A program made the position numbers and the translations under genes. A stretch of DNA of 64,000 nt, from contig CM052842.1 of the NCBI GenBank assembly GCA_028534125.1, positions 3,472,001 to 3,536,000 of the forward strand, read 5' to 3'. Below, piece by piece: positions 49,935-62,790 of this stretch. The notes below the pieces were generated by a model. The model was not told the origin of the DNA and searched no databases. It saw only the letters and a list, made by a program, of their open reading frames with translations. The DNA is from Lama glama. Lineage: Eukaryota. Every line of letters starts with the position of its first letter. The first letter of the stretch is position 1.

Positions 49935-50275
49935 CCTAGAACTTTTTCATCTTGCATAATTGAAACTCTATACCCATTGCCCAGCAACTATCCATTTTGC
50001 CCTCCTCCCAGCCCCTGGAAACCACCATTCTACTTTCTGCTTCTATGAGTTTGACTGTTTTAAGTTCCTCTTGCAAGTGGAATCCCACAGAATTTCTACT
50101 TCTTTAGTTATTTAACTTAGCCTAATGTTCCCAAGGCCCATTCACGTTGCAAGTGGCAGGATCCCCTTGTTTCTGTTGCTGAATGCTATTCCACTGTATG
50201 TATGTACTACATTTTATCATTCATCTGTGGACACTTAGATTTGTTTCCACATTTTGGCTATTGTGAATAATGCCT
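49935..50275 (-). mobile_element. L1MB-like 3' fragment
   Basis: agaactttttcatcttgc..aattgaaactctatacccatt...cccagcccctggaaaccaccattctactttctg. Confidence 0.88.
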
Positions 50276-51149
50276 CCCGAGTTTCCCTCTGTGTTTCTCT
50301 GAATCATCCAAGTTTCTGTCCATCCTGTCCTCTCCCCTTTCTTTCAGCCTCACTTTCCCTCCTTCCTCCCTTGTCTTCTCTTCCCCCTCCCTTCCTTCCC
50401 CAATCCTCACAAATGAGCTGAGCACCCTCTCTGTGCTGGGCTCTGAAGTCATGACAAGTGGTGCCCCATCTCTGCCCGCAAGGGGATCGGAGGCTCAGAG
50501 GGGGGGATCACCGCAGTGGGGTGTGCTCTATGGGGACCAACCAAGGCCTCCCCCAGGTGCAAAGAAGGCGCTTCAAGATGCAAACAGTTGCCAAAGGGAA
50601 TTCAAGTCTTAAACTCTGACTCACATAGCAGAGGAAATGGAAGCCCAGTGGGAGGTGGTGAGTTGTCCAAAGTCATACATCCCTTCAGCTCAACGCAGGG
50701 GCCAGAAGCCAGGACGCTGGATGGCTTCTTTTAGAAACGTTTCTGCCACGCCACACTTTTATTCCCACGTCCTCACAATTTAGTCCATTCCTGGGCCTTG
50801 AGGAGACAATTTGTAAAAGCTATAAAGCGCTCTTTGGTGAGACCTCCTGAACTTATATAAACCCTTTGCAACCTCAAAACAAATTTGCTCGAGGATCACA
50901 ACCCCCGGGACTGCGCCCTGCCCGGACCTCGGCCACAATTATCCTGAGAGCCCTGGAGATGCTCTGGCCCCCAGGACAAAAGGACAGGCTTTTGCGTCAA
51001 GAAGAGAAGCTCCCGAGAATCATGTCTTGGCCGAACAACTGGGCAAACATACTCAAAACTCTTTCATTCTGTTAGAGATCCACTGTGCCAAGGCGGGCTT
51101 TCAATGGGCTCAGCGACAGGCAGACTTTGCCACGGATTTGGAAAAAAAG

Positions 51150-53500
51150 TTAAGGAGACTTCCATTTATGACCAGGAGAGAGTACAAGGGACCAAATTTA
51201 TTTTCCACCTTAAACAACTAGAAAACTGAATATATATTTCACTTGGGTATATATATATAATCTGTTTATATATTAGTATATATTAATATACAACATATAT
51301 TATAATGCAATAGATCCCCAGTGGATATATTCATGCCATTTATACATATAATAAATTTTAGACATTGGAAACATGCCGCACAGGACTGAATTCCCTGAGA
51401 AGGTGAATAAAGGGAAGTGAGCCCTGTAACTGCCCAAGCTAATGACCTAACGGCAGCTTCCAGGCTGCAGCGAAGGGAGGGGCGATCCAAGAGGAGCCCA
51501 GAAGTCACACTAAGTTGAAAAGAAAGAAATAAGAGGTGGGGAGGTTAGGGGGGGTAGAATTTGTGGAGCAACATACCAAAGAGGGAGCTTCCAAGAGAGA
51601 GGACCCTTGAGGCTGCAGAGGGCGCCTCGCTAGCCTTTGGCTGGACACTGAGCTGACGTCGTGGTGCTCGGGCATTTGGAAGGGTGTTCAGGAGGGCACT
51701 GCATTAGCAGGGTGGATAAATTAGCTCTAAAGGCTGCTTTGAACCTGCCCTTACAAAGCTGAAAAGCAACCCTCAAATGGACCACTGATCTCAAAAACTT
51801 AACTGTATCCCAGAACAAAGCCAACGAAATTTAAAGGAATACTACAAAATCCAGCACCACCCCAGCGTCTGGGATCCGGTCAAGTCCATCAAGTAGGCAA
51901 AGAATCGGGGAAATACAACCGCGAGCCAGGAGAAAAGCCAGTCCACAGAGACAGACGCAGGATGGAACGATCAGATAAGGCCATTCAAAATGCTGTTGTA
52001 AATACGGGCCACGTTATTGAAGAAGACAAACAGTAACATGACTGTGGTAAGGAGAGAAGTGGGAGGTGTTAAAAAACACCTCAAAATACTTCTAGATTTA
52101 AAAATACAGCACCTGAAATGGAAAAGACTGGCTGGAATTCACAGCAGAATAAACTTGCAGAAGCTGAACGCATAGTAACTATTCAAAACGAAGCACAGGG
52201 AAGGAAAAAGGAGGGAAATGATGAGTAGAGAATCAGGGGCCTTTTCCATAATAGTTTATTCAACTTTTATGCAATTGGAGTCCTTGGAAGAGAGGGGCCA
52301 GGAAAAGGTGTTTGAAGTAATGGCTGAAAATTTTCCAGATTAATAAAAACCATAAATCCAAAGGAGAAAGCGTTGACATACAGCAAGCAAGAGAAAATTT
52401 TAAGACGTGTCAAGGCATCTTTCAATCAAATTATTGAAAAAAGTGATAAAAATCTCAAATCGCCCAAAGAAAAAAGTCATAAGACACACTTCACACAAAG
52501 GGATGAAGAATAAAGGCATTTTCAAACCGAATTTAGGCAAGCCAGAAGACAACGGTATATCTTCAAGTACAGAAAAAGGGGTGTGGCAATGAATACATGT
52601 GTGTTCGTGTACGACTGGGGGGTTGAGCTCTGCACTGGAAATCGACACAACGTTGTAAACTGACTATAACTCAATAAAATAAAATAAAGTACAGAAAAAG
52701 AAAAAACCCTGTTGATCTGAAAAAAAAATCTTTCAAAAATAAAAGTAAAACAAAACTTTTTCTGATGCTTACCAGCAGGACCACACTACAATAAATGCTG
52801 ACGTTCTTTGGCACAAGGAAAGCTATCAAAGGGGATGTGGGTCTATGAATGAAAGACTCAGATTTTATCCAGATTTTTATCGTCTTTATGAAAGGCCCAT
52901 AAATGGTGAAGATTTGAGCAAAGATAAGATAGATCTTGTCTTCAATACCTTTCAAAGATAATTGAATGTTTGTTTAAAGCAAATGTAATTTCAACTGTGG
53001 GATTTTAACCAAGTAACATCTAAACACGGAAGAACTAGCGCTTGGAGGTCGGGAAAGGACCGGGAGGACGCCGTCAGGGTTTTAAAGTTATGCCGAGTCT
53101 GAATCTGTGAAGTGATGCAATGTTATCTGAGCCCTAGAATGCCCGCTTTAGAAGAGTAAAACCAAGAGCTATAGCTAAGACGCTAAAGGAAATAAAACGA
53201 AATGAAACGTTGAGCCAAAAGAAGGCAGGAAGAAGAAAAAAAGGGAGAGGAAACAGAAGGAACAAATAGAAGACAAACAGGAGGAAGGCAGATTTTAACC
53301 AAACCATGTTGATAGATGCTGTAAGTGCTTCAGAGCAGGAGGGATGAGCGGGGACTTCCGGTGGCGATGGACACGTTCTATGCCCTGGTTGTGACGGTGG
53401 CCACAGGACTGTGCACGCATCGGCCAAATACCACCTGACGGCACGATTATTTAACTCTTTTGTGCAAATTATATCTCAATAAAGCTGTTCGGAAACAAAA
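51150..53500 (+). mobile_element. Ancient L1M mosaic (5' UTR/ORF1 to inter-ORF, plus a 3' end at ~53330-53490)
   Basis: atgcaattggagtcc...gaagtaatggctgaaaattttccaga; agccagaagacaacgg...atcttcaa; aattatatctcaataaagctg. Confidence 0.75.
52579..52686 (+). mobile_element. 108-bp young L1 3' tip with a perfect 14-bp TSD
   Basis: aagtacagaaaaag at 52565-52578 and 52687-52700 flanks an L1 terminal UTR with a (TAAAA)n tail. Confidence 0.92.
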
Positions 53501-56204
53501 GCAAAACAGAAGGACGCAGGGGCAAGAATGAAGAAACAAATGGGCCCCCGAGTAGATTAGAACGTCTGCAGGTACGAGCCTGCACGCACGCCCCACGTGC
53601 GCAAAGCTTCGCTGCTTTCTCTTCTTTAAAGCTAACAACCTGCACGGCGCACTTAGGGAATGCCAGCGAGTCGGAAAGCATTCTTTACAATCTTATCTTT
53701 CCGACCATATTCTGGAAGCATTTCTCATGTTGATAAGTAGGAGTACGTTTTTATAGCCACCGTTTTAAGAATTGCCTGGAATCCCACTGTGTGTGCGTGT
53801 TTATTTAATCACTCCCACTGCCGCGTGAATGGCCACTTGGGTTGTTCTGTATGTAAAATTTTTGTCCTTAGCAGTATTGCAGCAAAATACTTATGTTTGC
53901 TTTTTTTTTTCCTCCACTTTATTTCCCTTTAGGATGAGTCACAAGACTTGGAATTGTTCAAAGGAAATAGACTCTTTTCATAGAGCTTCTACCAGCTCCC
54001 CAAAGGTCATGCCAGCTCGGCAGTCCTTTCCGGCCGAGCGTGGGGACTCCAGCGTCCTCACACCCGCGTCCTCAGACTTGTGTTCTTGGCCAGTCGGATA
54101 CGCTACCCTATCGTCTCAGGGTGTGCAAGAGCGTCTGCAAGGTGTTTCCAGAGGCTGTCAGCCGCTGTTACCAGTGTCATCAAGCTCAAAACCCAGGAAA
54201 GGGCAGGGCTGGGCCCTCTTCCTCACACACCTTTGATAACACACCTCTGTGATGCCTTACGGCTTATAGCATACTTTCCAGTATTATCTAATTTAAAAAA
54301 TGAGTACGATTACACCCACCTCACAAGGCTTTTGTGAGAACATTGGAAGTAAAGTATATAAAGCTTTTCACTGTGAGACTCGAACACACGTTGGAAACCA
54401 CTTACTTGTCAGCAGCTAGGAATCAGCTCAGTGACATTTATACCGTCCACGTAAGGACACACACCGCGGTCCCTGAAACCGTGTCATAGACATGAGCTCG
54501 TTGAACTGGGAAAAGGGTCGTGACAGCTCGTTAGGTGGCGAGAAAAGCGGTTACAGATAGGTACGTGTGCTCCACTCACGTTCTGTTGGCAAATATTCAT
54601 ATACAAGTGGCAAACACCTGAAATTGGGTTTTACACCCACATTGATTACTTCTGGGTGGGGAGGTGGATTTTTTTATCTTCTGTGTTTCCCCAGCTTCTT
54701 TTGATGGCCAACACGGTGGTGGTAACAAGAAAAAGGCAGTTTCACAAGAACAAAGCAAACACCAAAATTATCTAAAATGCCTTATGGACCCCCAGGAAAC
54801 GCTAATTATCCTTCGACATTTTCAGCATCTCTGAGCGCACGTCATTATCTCCACGCACCGTAGGACGGCCGGTGCTCGACCCAACGTCACCCCGCTAATG
54901 GGAGGCAGTGCAGGCCTTCACACCGGTTCCCCGCCCCCGAAGTGCGTGCCTTCTGGCTTCATTGGTCATTACACAACCCATTTGTCCTGAGTCTTCCTTC
55001 TCCTTTGCCTCTGGTAGCAAAATTCCACTGCCGCCTGGTCCTTACCGTAGGCCTGTCTCCTCCAGCTGGGGTCAAGACGACCTTGAGAAGTTCCAGCTGG
55101 TGGGCCTCTTTGGAAAGGGCCCCAGTGCGCCTGCACGGACGGGGCCTTGCAGGGACAGCAGCCCCGCCCCCAGCCTGTGAGCCGGGGGCTTCCGCGTCCA
55201 GGGAGAAGCCGTGATGGCGTGCTCCAGGGAGCATCCTTGGAGCCCAAATCTGCCCACACCTTCCGTGCCTCAGACTTCAACCCCCCTGACATGATGCTGG
55301 ATGCGTGATGAGAAAACCTCCCTCTGTGTGACTGTTACGCACCAGCCAAATCACCCGAGGGGGAAACCGGATAGATACTATCATGGCAGCCACGTCACAC
55401 AGAGGTTAAATGACGCTTCCAAAAACGCAGCCGGGCTGGAACCTACACTTTCCAGGTTCAGTAGTGGAGCCACTCAGCACAGTGTCTGCCATCAAGATGT
55501 GTCCTCCCTCCTCTGGTCTTCCCTTCCCTGGGAGGCAGAGCGAGGGGACAAATGGAGGGCCTTGTGTTGGAACCTTAATTCCACTGCCACGCGCAGTGGC
55601 ATAACCTCTCCGAGCATCTCCTTAAGCAAAATGGGGTGTGGCTCCTAGGATGGCCAAGGCTGGAGAGAGTGGGGCATGAGAAGCACCTGGTAAGCACCCA
55701 GTGCAGAGCAGGGGTGTAACAGACGTCCACGCAGAAACCGAGGCCGCCGTGGGCAGGCAGAGACTTGTTCCCTGGGGCCCCCGTGAGCGCAGGCTCCCCA
55801 GGCTCGTCACTGACCCAGCCTTTCCCTTGGGGGGGGCGTCGTGACTAAGGGTGGAAACCAGCCCCCAGTGGTCAGCCAGACCTGCGTTTGAATCCGGTCT
55901 CTCTGGCTTCCTGGCTGTATGTCTTGGGCGGGCTGTTTACTCTCGCAGCCTCAGTTTGCCCATCTGGTAACTGAAGGGAATTACACCCACCTGGAGAGGC
56001 TGAAAAAATCATACTAAACCCAGGAAGTAGAAAGCAACCCTCGGGAGGGCAGGGGTTGCTGTCTTTTGTTCGCTGCCCCCTTCCCAGCAGCTGGGAGAAG
56101 GGCCGCTTATAGTGGACATTTGGTAACTATTTTGGGAACAGAGGGACCCAGTGAGGCGTGAGCCAGCGTACAGTGGGCGCTGAGTCTCATTAAAGAACGG
56201 GTGG

Positions 56205-56346
56205 GGGGAGGGTAGAGCTCGGGGGTAGAGTGCATGCTTAGCACGCATGAGGACCTAGGTTCAGCCCCCAGTACCTCTGTTAAAAAGGTAAACAAACCTA
56301 ATTACCTCCCCCAGAGAAAGCACAGCAGACATTAAAAAAAAAAAAA
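56205..56346 (+). mobile_element. Camelid tRNA-derived SINE (Vic-1 type)
   Basis: ggggagggtagagctc..ggtagagtgcatgcttagcacgcatgaggacctaggttcagcccccagtacctc (A and B boxes), then aaacctaattacctcccc and poly(A). Confidence 0.9.
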
Positions 56347-57323
56347 GGATGGAGGGCAAATGAGCTGACATTTACCATCAGCTTATGATCGCCACATCCC
56401 CACACAAATGAACACGAACCCGAGTGTCCAGCATCCTGATGGCACCTCTTCTGAATCCTGCTGGTCAGTGGTCTGCGATTGCACGTGGTGACCGCCATCC
56501 ACAAATTCCATTTAGCAGAGATGCTTCACGGTGCCCCCAGAAGCTCCCCGCTGACTATAGCCTCTCAGAAGAGATGGTCCCCTCACCCACACCAGTGTGG
56601 GGTTTCCCTTTGAGCTCTGCTTCCCCAGAAAGACTCCATGTGCTGGGAACGTGGGGCTTGGCCATCAGTCAAATGCCAGCTCCATCAGTTTGAAGGTTGT
56701 CTACCTTTGGGTGACTCATGAAACCTCATCAAGCCTGTTTTCTCACCGGAATAATGGAGCTACTTGACTTGCTTGGCACACTTGTCGGAGCTAACAACAT
56801 CTCAAGGTCCGGGGGATGCCCTGGGAATTCTGCAAGACCCTCTCCACCATGGGTGCCCGCAGTGAAAACTTTGCTCAGTCTCTGGTGACACCTGCTGGTG
56901 CCTGGCCCACGGGGAGGAGGAAACCCTGAGACATTTGGAACCACAAGGATCTGGGAGCTGGAGCTCCTGACACCCCGGTATTACAGCTAATGACAACGAC
57001 TGCGCCCCCTCGACCCGAGCCGCTCGCCCATGCCTGGGGTCACCTCCTGCTCCCACTCACGCGCCTGACGAAGCACGCTGCAACTCAACCGCCGGGGGAG
57101 TCTCTGAAAGGACAAAGGGGAGGTAAAAAGACTGCTTGCTGAGAGCCTGCCCTTGGCTTCCCCATGGGCTTAGGAGGAATCCACACGCAGCGCGTAGGCC
57201 CACGTGGCCTGGCCCCGGCAGTGTCCTCTGAGCCCTGCCCCTCCCTCCACGCACTCCCGCAGCTCTGGGACCGCGGAGGCCCTCGCTGGCCCTTCTGCCT
57301 TGGACATGCCCATCCTGCAGCTT

Positions 57324-57850
57324 CTTTTTTCCGTTTTTGGCTGAAGCAGAGTTGGTTCACAAGGTTGTATTCGTGCCCGGTGTGCAGCAGTGATTTAACT
57401 GTGTTCTTTTCATTACAGGTTATTACAAGCTACCAGATACAGTTCCCTGTGCTCTGCAGTAGGACCTTGCTGTTTACCCATTTTATGTGTAGTAGTTTGT
57501 ATCTGCTAACCCCAGTCTCCTAATTCATCCCTCGCCCCCTTTCCCCTGGGGTAACAATAGGTTTGTTTTCTATGTGAGTCTGTTTCTGCTTTGTAAACAG
57601 GTTCATTTGTGCCATTTTTTTTTAGATTCCACATATAAACAATATCATATGATATTTGTCTTCCTCTGTCTTACTTCACTCAGTATGATAAACTCTCGAT
57701 CCATCCATGTTCCTGCAAATGGCATCATTTGACTCTTTTTTATGGCTGAGTCGTATTCCACTGCACGTATACCTCATCGTCTTTGTTTGATCGCCTGTCG
57801 CTGGGCACTTAGGCTGCTTCCATGTCTTGGCTGCTGTAAATGGTGCTGCT
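57324..57850 (-). mobile_element. 5'-truncated young L1 3' end
   Basis: Reverse complement of the 36550-37080 type sequence. Confidence 0.93.
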
Positions 57851-59529
57851 GCTGCCTATTTCCACCCTGATTGTCTTGTATCTTACTGTCTTGCTCTGAT
57901 CCTAGGCTGTCCACTCAGGGGCCACCTCCAGCCAGGGCTGCCCGAGCGTGTGGCCTCTGCCCCAAGCCCACACCTGCATCACTCTGCTCAGTTCCCAAGG
58001 GCAGCAATCAGTTCAGGAAATGAGCAAAGATCCGGGCCAGTGGCAGCTCCTGGTTCTGTCTCTTCCCCACCTAGAGCGTGAGCCCCACGAGGGCAGGGAC
58101 CCGCTTCCTCTGCTCCTGCTCTAACGCACAGTGAACGCAGGTCTGCAGACTCCTTCATCACACGTACATCGCTTGGCCTCAGTGAGGGACACTGAGACAG
58201 GGCACACAGCGTCTCTAACCATCGCAAGGCCCAGAAACTACCCAAGTACAGTTTCCTTTGGCCCCTCACCCACACGGGCCTGTCTGGGAAGAGAGCTTGT
58301 GGGGTGGCACCCCCAGCCGAGAGCAGCTCCAGCCTCAAGCTCTCAGCCCCGACACCACTCCAGGCGTGCTTAGCGTGCTCGTCAAGGGCACGGCCGACTC
58401 GCCAGCCCCCAGGCCCCTGGGGCACTGCCCAGGCATCACGTTTACCAGCACTGCCGCTGGACCAGGCAGAGGAGAGAAGATGGCAGCGGGTAGGCCACTC
58501 TCCCAGGGGAGGCGGGGCCCACCCGGCCCGAGACTCCGAGTCTTGCTGGCCGACCTGAACCTAGTCCCAGCGCCGGGACGCAGCTCAGGCTCGGAAAAAA
58601 CCAGGGGCCGCTGTGAACAAGCTGGTGGTCTGTGCAGGGAACCAGGCCAGGGGGCTCGCAGACGTCAGCTTTCACGAGGACGCCGTTCGGGAAGGAACAG
58701 TCTCCTGTGTGTGTGGATAAGTCACGTGACAGCTAAGAGGTGAGCCCTGGGTCAGGGCTGTCTGACCCCGAGGCTCCTTCCTGGTCACTCGTGGCGAGGT
58801 CTGCTCTCCCCGCCACGCGTTGGCCTCTGCCCTGGCCCCGCGAGCAGGTGGGCAGCCACGCCCCTGGTGAGGACGGTGGCCCCATTAGGAGCCTGTGTTT
58901 GTCCGAACGCCGCACAGAGCCCTGGCGATGGAGACCGTCTGGGCCCTTGGCTCACGTCAGGCAAGCCCAGGGCTTAATCTCTCTTCAGACCCACCACTCT
59001 CTGCACATCTGGGCAGACATTTGCTTCCTCAGATAAAGACATCGTGGAGTCAGAGGGACAAGTGTCACCTCTTGTGGGCCTCAAGCAGACAGTGGTCAGT
59101 AGATTCAGAGTCAGGGTGACTCCCTTACTGGCGATACCCTGCCTCTTCCATCAGCCGCCTCTGAAGTGTCATGAGGTCCCCTCCAAATGACTAAGACTGT
59201 GGACGCACACCCCTCCCTTCCAGCACAGACAGAGAGGGGCACTTTGACCTTGGCCCCCGTACATTCAGGTTGTCCCAGAGCAGCAGACCCCACCCGGGCC
59301 ATCAGCACATATTCACAGAGCACCTCCTGTGCGCTGGGCACTATTTCCAGGGCTGGCTTGCATCACTGACAGCACTGCCGTAGAGACGCAGGTCCTCGCC
59401 CTCAGGAGCTGCTGAGGGTACCGGCAAAGGCAGGGCATCCTGGGCGCGGCCGGGGTGGGCTCCCCTCTGGAAACCATGCTTATAGAACAGGGCACAACGT
59501 GCACCTCGCAGGACTGTCGTGAGGTTTAA

Positions 59530-59950
59530 GTACCATCATGTGGGTCGCAGCGCGGCGCAGGGGAGCCGGCGGGCGCAGCAGGTGGCAGCTAGAAGCTGAG
59601 AGCCCGGCGCTGCGCCTGGGCTCCCCAAGGCCGACACTGGCATGCGGGCTCCCGAGGCGGCCGCTAAAGCGTGCTCCGGGAAGCTCCTTAGCGGCTGCGT
59701 CGGGCGAGACCGTGCCCCTGCCTCTTGTCTGTTCCACATTTTGGACTTTGAAGAAGAGTTTTGTTTGAGGAAAACTTTTCTTTCCCCTGCAACGCCCCTC
59801 CCCATCTCCCCTCAACAATCCGAAAAAAAAAATGTTGCCATTGTGCGCCGCCACCTGTATGGAAAGAGGTCTGCACGTGACTCGGGGCCCTGGCTCTGAT
59901 CCCAGTCTGCCCCGTCCAGGGCTGTGACCACGGCCAATGCGCTTCCATTT
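59530..59950. promoter_or_regulatory. CpG-rich segment with a CTCF-like motif next to a motif-dense AT-richer core
   Basis: GCAGCAGGTGGCAGC at ~59575-59589; CTTTGAAG, AACAAT, CATTGT and CACCTG within 59740-59860; no repeat homology seen. Confidence 0.35.
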
Positions 59951-61010
59951 TCTGGGAAGCAGCTCCCCGAACATCCAAAAACTTTACTTCACCTCCCTCT
60001 CTGGTGTGTGAGGATTAAATTCTGTGTCAACACAGCTAGACAACCATTAACTGGACACTTGTCAGAAAGGGGCTGGCTGTTACGCTGCGCTCACAAGAGT
60101 CAGCTCTGAAGCCAGGGGCCTGGTTCAAACACTACCTCGGCCCCTTCAAGCTGTGTGATAGTGGATAAGTGACTTCACCTCTCTGGGCCTTAAATTTCAT
60201 CAATGGAAGAACGCTAAACTCACAGAGTTGCTGTTAAAATCAATTCAGCCAAGAGGGGACGGGGCTAAAGCACCTAAGCTGTGGTGGGAGCATCACCCCC
60301 TTGGTACTGAAAACTGTGGCTTCTCTTCCCTTTACCTGCCTCCCGGGCTCCTGCCCAGACTGCCTGGAGCCTCCCGAGGGCTGCCTGGGCGGCCGCACGG
60401 AGCTCTTTTCATCCAGGGAAATGTTCTGCACTCTCTTCTCTTCCTTCTCTTTCCTGATTCACAAAGGGTCTTTGAGAAGCTGAAGGCACAGAGTGATAAT
60501 TTTGTGTCTTGACATTCTCTCCGCGGGGTGGAGATGACAGCTTCGCCCACTCGCTGCAGAAGCGCACCTCCTGTGTCCCGTGCGTCTGCAGCTGGACCGC
60601 GCTGGGCGCCCGGGTGGGAGGCGGTGGAGCTTCCTTTCCGTTCAGTGTCCGCCCCCGGGCGGCCAGGCCCGCGGCCCCTCCCTGGTGGCCCTAACTTCCT
60701 TCCATCCCCCGTGTCTGCTGACGGGGCCGCCATGCCTGTGGGCAGTGAGAGGTGTGACGGGTCCAGGTTCTCCTCTGTCCCAACATCACAGGGCGGGGGG
60801 CAGTCTACAAACTGTGTCCCCAAAGCCAGGGCTCTGGAATCTGCTGCTGAGAAAACTCTGAGCTTGGCCGTGGTCTCTCCTTCTTTCTCAGAAATAGAAA
60901 GACAGGAAATCAGAAAGCGTCTGCAACCAACCAGGCCCTTTGCCAGATCGCAGCGCATTTTAACTTCCCCCAAATCCAGCAAGTTGTGATCATGATCCCC
61001 ATCCCTTGGG

Positions 61011-61510
61011 NNNNNNNNNNNNNNNNNNNNNNNNNNNNNNNNNNNNNNNNNNNNNNNNNNNNNNNNNNNNNNNNNNNNNNNNNNNNNNNNNNNNNNNNNN
61101 NNNNNNNNNNNNNNNNNNNNNNNNNNNNNNNNNNNNNNNNNNNNNNNNNNNNNNNNNNNNNNNNNNNNNNNNNNNNNNNNNNNNNNNNNNNNNNNNNNNN
61201 NNNNNNNNNNNNNNNNNNNNNNNNNNNNNNNNNNNNNNNNNNNNNNNNNNNNNNNNNNNNNNNNNNNNNNNNNNNNNNNNNNNNNNNNNNNNNNNNNNNN
61301 NNNNNNNNNNNNNNNNNNNNNNNNNNNNNNNNNNNNNNNNNNNNNNNNNNNNNNNNNNNNNNNNNNNNNNNNNNNNNNNNNNNNNNNNNNNNNNNNNNNN
61401 NNNNNNNNNNNNNNNNNNNNNNNNNNNNNNNNNNNNNNNNNNNNNNNNNNNNNNNNNNNNNNNNNNNNNNNNNNNNNNNNNNNNNNNNNNNNNNNNNNNN
61501 NNNNNNNNNN
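61011..61510. other. Assembly gap (500 N)
   Basis: Run of n characters; the round length suggests a placeholder or estimate. Confidence 1.
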
Positions 61511-62164
61511 GTCTTCCCTCGGGCTCCCCGGGCGCCCCCACTCTACCGGGAAACCTGGTGGTGCTCCAGGTCACTGGTATCGGAGTCAGTGAGGATTCTG
61601 TACCCAAGAATGTTCGAAAGGTCCGTGTTTCTCTGCCCCAGTGTATGTGTGCTGAGCAAACGGCCACAGCCCCCTCTGGGACGTTGTCACTGTGGCCACC
61701 CGAGCTGGCATCGCAGGGCCTTTCTTCATGGAGACCAGGCTTCTTCGGTAGTTGATGGGTTTGGGGTCTTCGAAGTGGCTCAGGTATAAAAACCGGGCAA
61801 GAGACTTTGACCTTCCGTGTAGTGGCTAGCCTCCATCTTTCTGACGCTCATCCACCTTTGTCTCGCGTGATCAGGCAGGTTAGGCAATGGGTGCTCCTCT
61901 CCCTTCAGTACATCGAGTGCTCCCCACAGCAGCCGCACACGGCCACTGTTTTTCCATGACGGTTTCTCCCTGCTGGCACACCCCCGCCCACCTATATCCC
62001 AACCCATCTCAGGGGGACGTCTATCTTAGCATTTGCGCCGCTATAGCACGCCGAGAACCACGCTCCTCATTGGACTGAGGGGTCCTCACTGCCATCTCAG
62101 GGGTGGGCGACCCAACTCGAGAAGCCCATCTTTGTCTGCCTCCTGGACCCTCACCTGGGCCAAC
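61511..62164 (-). mobile_element. Second decayed ERV-L internal region (leader, deleted gag, protease)
   Basis: Minus-strand IHWGRETRTFRTFLGTESSLTPIP...PGRVGAPG versus ERV-L protease VHWGKGNNQTFRGLLDTGSELTLIP...PVRVGAYG; leader GTTGGCCCAGG...GGAGGCAGAC...GATGGCAGTGAGGACCCC. Confidence 0.85.
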
Positions 62165-62525
62165 TGTCCTCAGCTGCGTCCTCTGGAAGCCTGTGATAGA
62201 GATGTACTGAGGAAGAGCTCTTCAGGCAAAAACCTATAAATTCTTTAGAAAAATCCATGTAAGCAGAATATAGGAAGGAACAAGGCTGAGCAAGGACGTA
62301 AAAGTAGGTGATGTATTGATCCCAAGGAAGAGCGTAGGCTTCGGGCTCAGAGAACAAAGCCTGTCACGGCGTCCCTCCCAGAGCTGGGGAAACCCTCAGG
62401 GGGGCTGCGCTGGGGAGGTGAAGGCGGTAACCTTACGAACGCGGCTCCTCCGTCTCAGCCACTGCTGCTGATTCTCGCCAACAGTGCTGCGAGACACCCT
62501 CGGCCAGGAACTGCTTCCGACACAG
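62165..62525 (-). mobile_element. LTR16/LTR33-like 5' LTR of the second ERV-L
   Basis: Minus strand ends ...GGCTTCCAGAGGACGCAGCTGAGGACA directly before GTTGG of the internal region; the far boundary is approximate. Confidence 0.65.
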
Positions 62526-62790
62526 TCCTCCTCCCAACCTTCCTCCTTGCAGACGTGCTGCCGGGGGGGGGCAGTTCCTAAAACCCTGATTCCGTACAAA
62601 GCTCTCTCCTAACTGACCAAGGCCCTCCACGCCACGCTCAGCACGCTCCTTGGTCCAGCGTAAAGGTCCTACTCCGCTAGAATAACCGTGTGCCGGGCAG
62701 CGCTGCGACGCCGGCTGAGGCCGAAAGGAGTGGTACTTGATTTTGTTTATTGTCTTCTCTTTGCTCTCTGGGCTCCTCCTCCCCTTGCCA

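Noticed and set aside
56205-56280. tRNA gene
   Set aside because: It is the head of a SINE: degenerate stems followed by the SINE-specific tail and poly(A).
60332-60989. Overlapping 216-aa (-) and 153-aa (+) ORFs
   Set aside because: Stop-codon depletion in very GC-rich DNA; open on both strands; no homology recognised.
60986-61789. Longest ORFs in the track (225-267 aa); likewise 420-917 and 30020-30717
   Set aside because: Their length comes from reading through N gaps. Only the short ERV-L protease relic on the minus strand is meaningful.
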